Below, piece by piece: positions 63,618 to 64,000 of a stretch of DNA of 64,000 nt. The position numbers and the translations under genes are program-made. The stretch is taken from the IMG/VR virus record IMGVR_UViG_3300042540_001822, positions 1 through 64,000 of that record, one strand, 5' to 3'. Numbering within the stretch: position 1 is the first letter of the stretch; the number at the start of each line of letters is the position of its first letter. The notes under the pieces were generated by a model that saw only the letters and a program-made list of their open reading frames with translations, made no database searches and was not told where the DNA came from.

Positions 63618-63935
63618 CTAGAAATCGGAATCCTTGGAAACTGTGTTACCTTCTTTGGTTCCAAAATAATAGGAAAAGATCATAAGAACCAAAGTTCTAA
63701 TTAAATCAAAAAGCTGGTCGCTTTGTTCTGGTGAAAGTAGGGATACTTTCCATGCAATTGTTTTATCCACAATAAACAAAGCAACCAAAGAGGTAAAAAT
63801 AACTAAAATGTATCTTACCAAAATTTCTTTGGTGCTTTTAGCAAACATCCTATAAACAAAAAAGGATGTGCCTAAGATAAATCCTAGAGCCATGAAAATC
63901 CCTAGCATCATAATGGTGGGAGAAGAGGAAAACAT
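63618..63935 (-). CDS. small 3-TM membrane protein (holin-like topology)
   Basis: Three hydrophobic helices, SYYFGTK; GATATATA at 63940-63947. Confidence 0.6.
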   Translation of the reverse strand: MFSSSPTIMMLGIFMALGFILGTSFFVYRMFAKSTKEILVRYILVIFTSLVALFIVDKTIAWKVSLLSPEQSDQLFDLIRTLVLMIFSYYFGTKEGNTVSKDSDF

Positions 63936-63947
63936 GGATTATATATC

Positions 63948-63979
63948 AAAAAAAAAGACCCAAACTTTCGTTTGGGTCT
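63948..63979 (-). terminator. intrinsic terminator
   Basis: AGACCCAAAC-GAAA-GTTTGGGTCT followed by a T-run. Confidence 0.85.
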
Positions 63980-64000
63980 GGCGTCAATTTTAATTCTTTT

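Noticed and set aside
1-64000. Alternative genetic code (stop-codon reassignment)
   Set aside because: Coding density is high under code 11, recognisable domains are intact, and TAA, TAG and TGA all end genes

Overview
AT-rich window that reads as part of the accessory/early region of a large tailed dsDNA phage, probably infecting Bacteroidota. This is inferred from the dense, mostly minus-strand small ORFs, the many TTTG-N20-TAnnTTTG promoters and the A-rich translation starts without Shine-Dalgarno sites. No capsid, terminase, polymerase or integrase gene is visible here. Recognisable genes: two VWA (DUF2201-like) paralogs, a PseT-like HAD 3'-phosphatase, DUF932, an FkbM methyltransferase, a GH16 hydrolase, an annexin-like/T4-lysozyme fusion, a LamG-like protein, a LemA-like pair, a GT2-like protein, a DEDDh exonuclease, two ADP-ribosyltransferase-like proteins, a RadA/Sms-like ATPase, DUF6011 and one canonical tRNA(CAT). 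Four unexplained systems stand out. (1) 26-40 kb and 45-47 kb: an integron-like cassette array with 11 attC-like hairpins and many half-sites, cassettes whose two ends are complementary over 8-10 bp, repeated attI-like junctions, and ORFs running antisense to the attC top strand, often starting inside the attC arm. (2) 49.6-54.8 kb: an RNA island with ten tRNA-like elements that share acceptor stem and T arm but carry unrelated structured inserts in place of the anticodon arm, interspersed with candidate structured ncRNAs. (3) About 11 otherwise diverse proteins share a portable D-x-[LM]-x-x-G-F-x-[DE]-L-G-[IVL] motif, and about 20 share a T4 capsid-targeting-like N-terminus, many behind a (G/A)ATATATA promoter. 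(4) 41-64 kb: a promoter class with a GGGGTT-like element at a fixed 24-nt spacing from the -7 box. All family names come from motif recognition, not from database searches.
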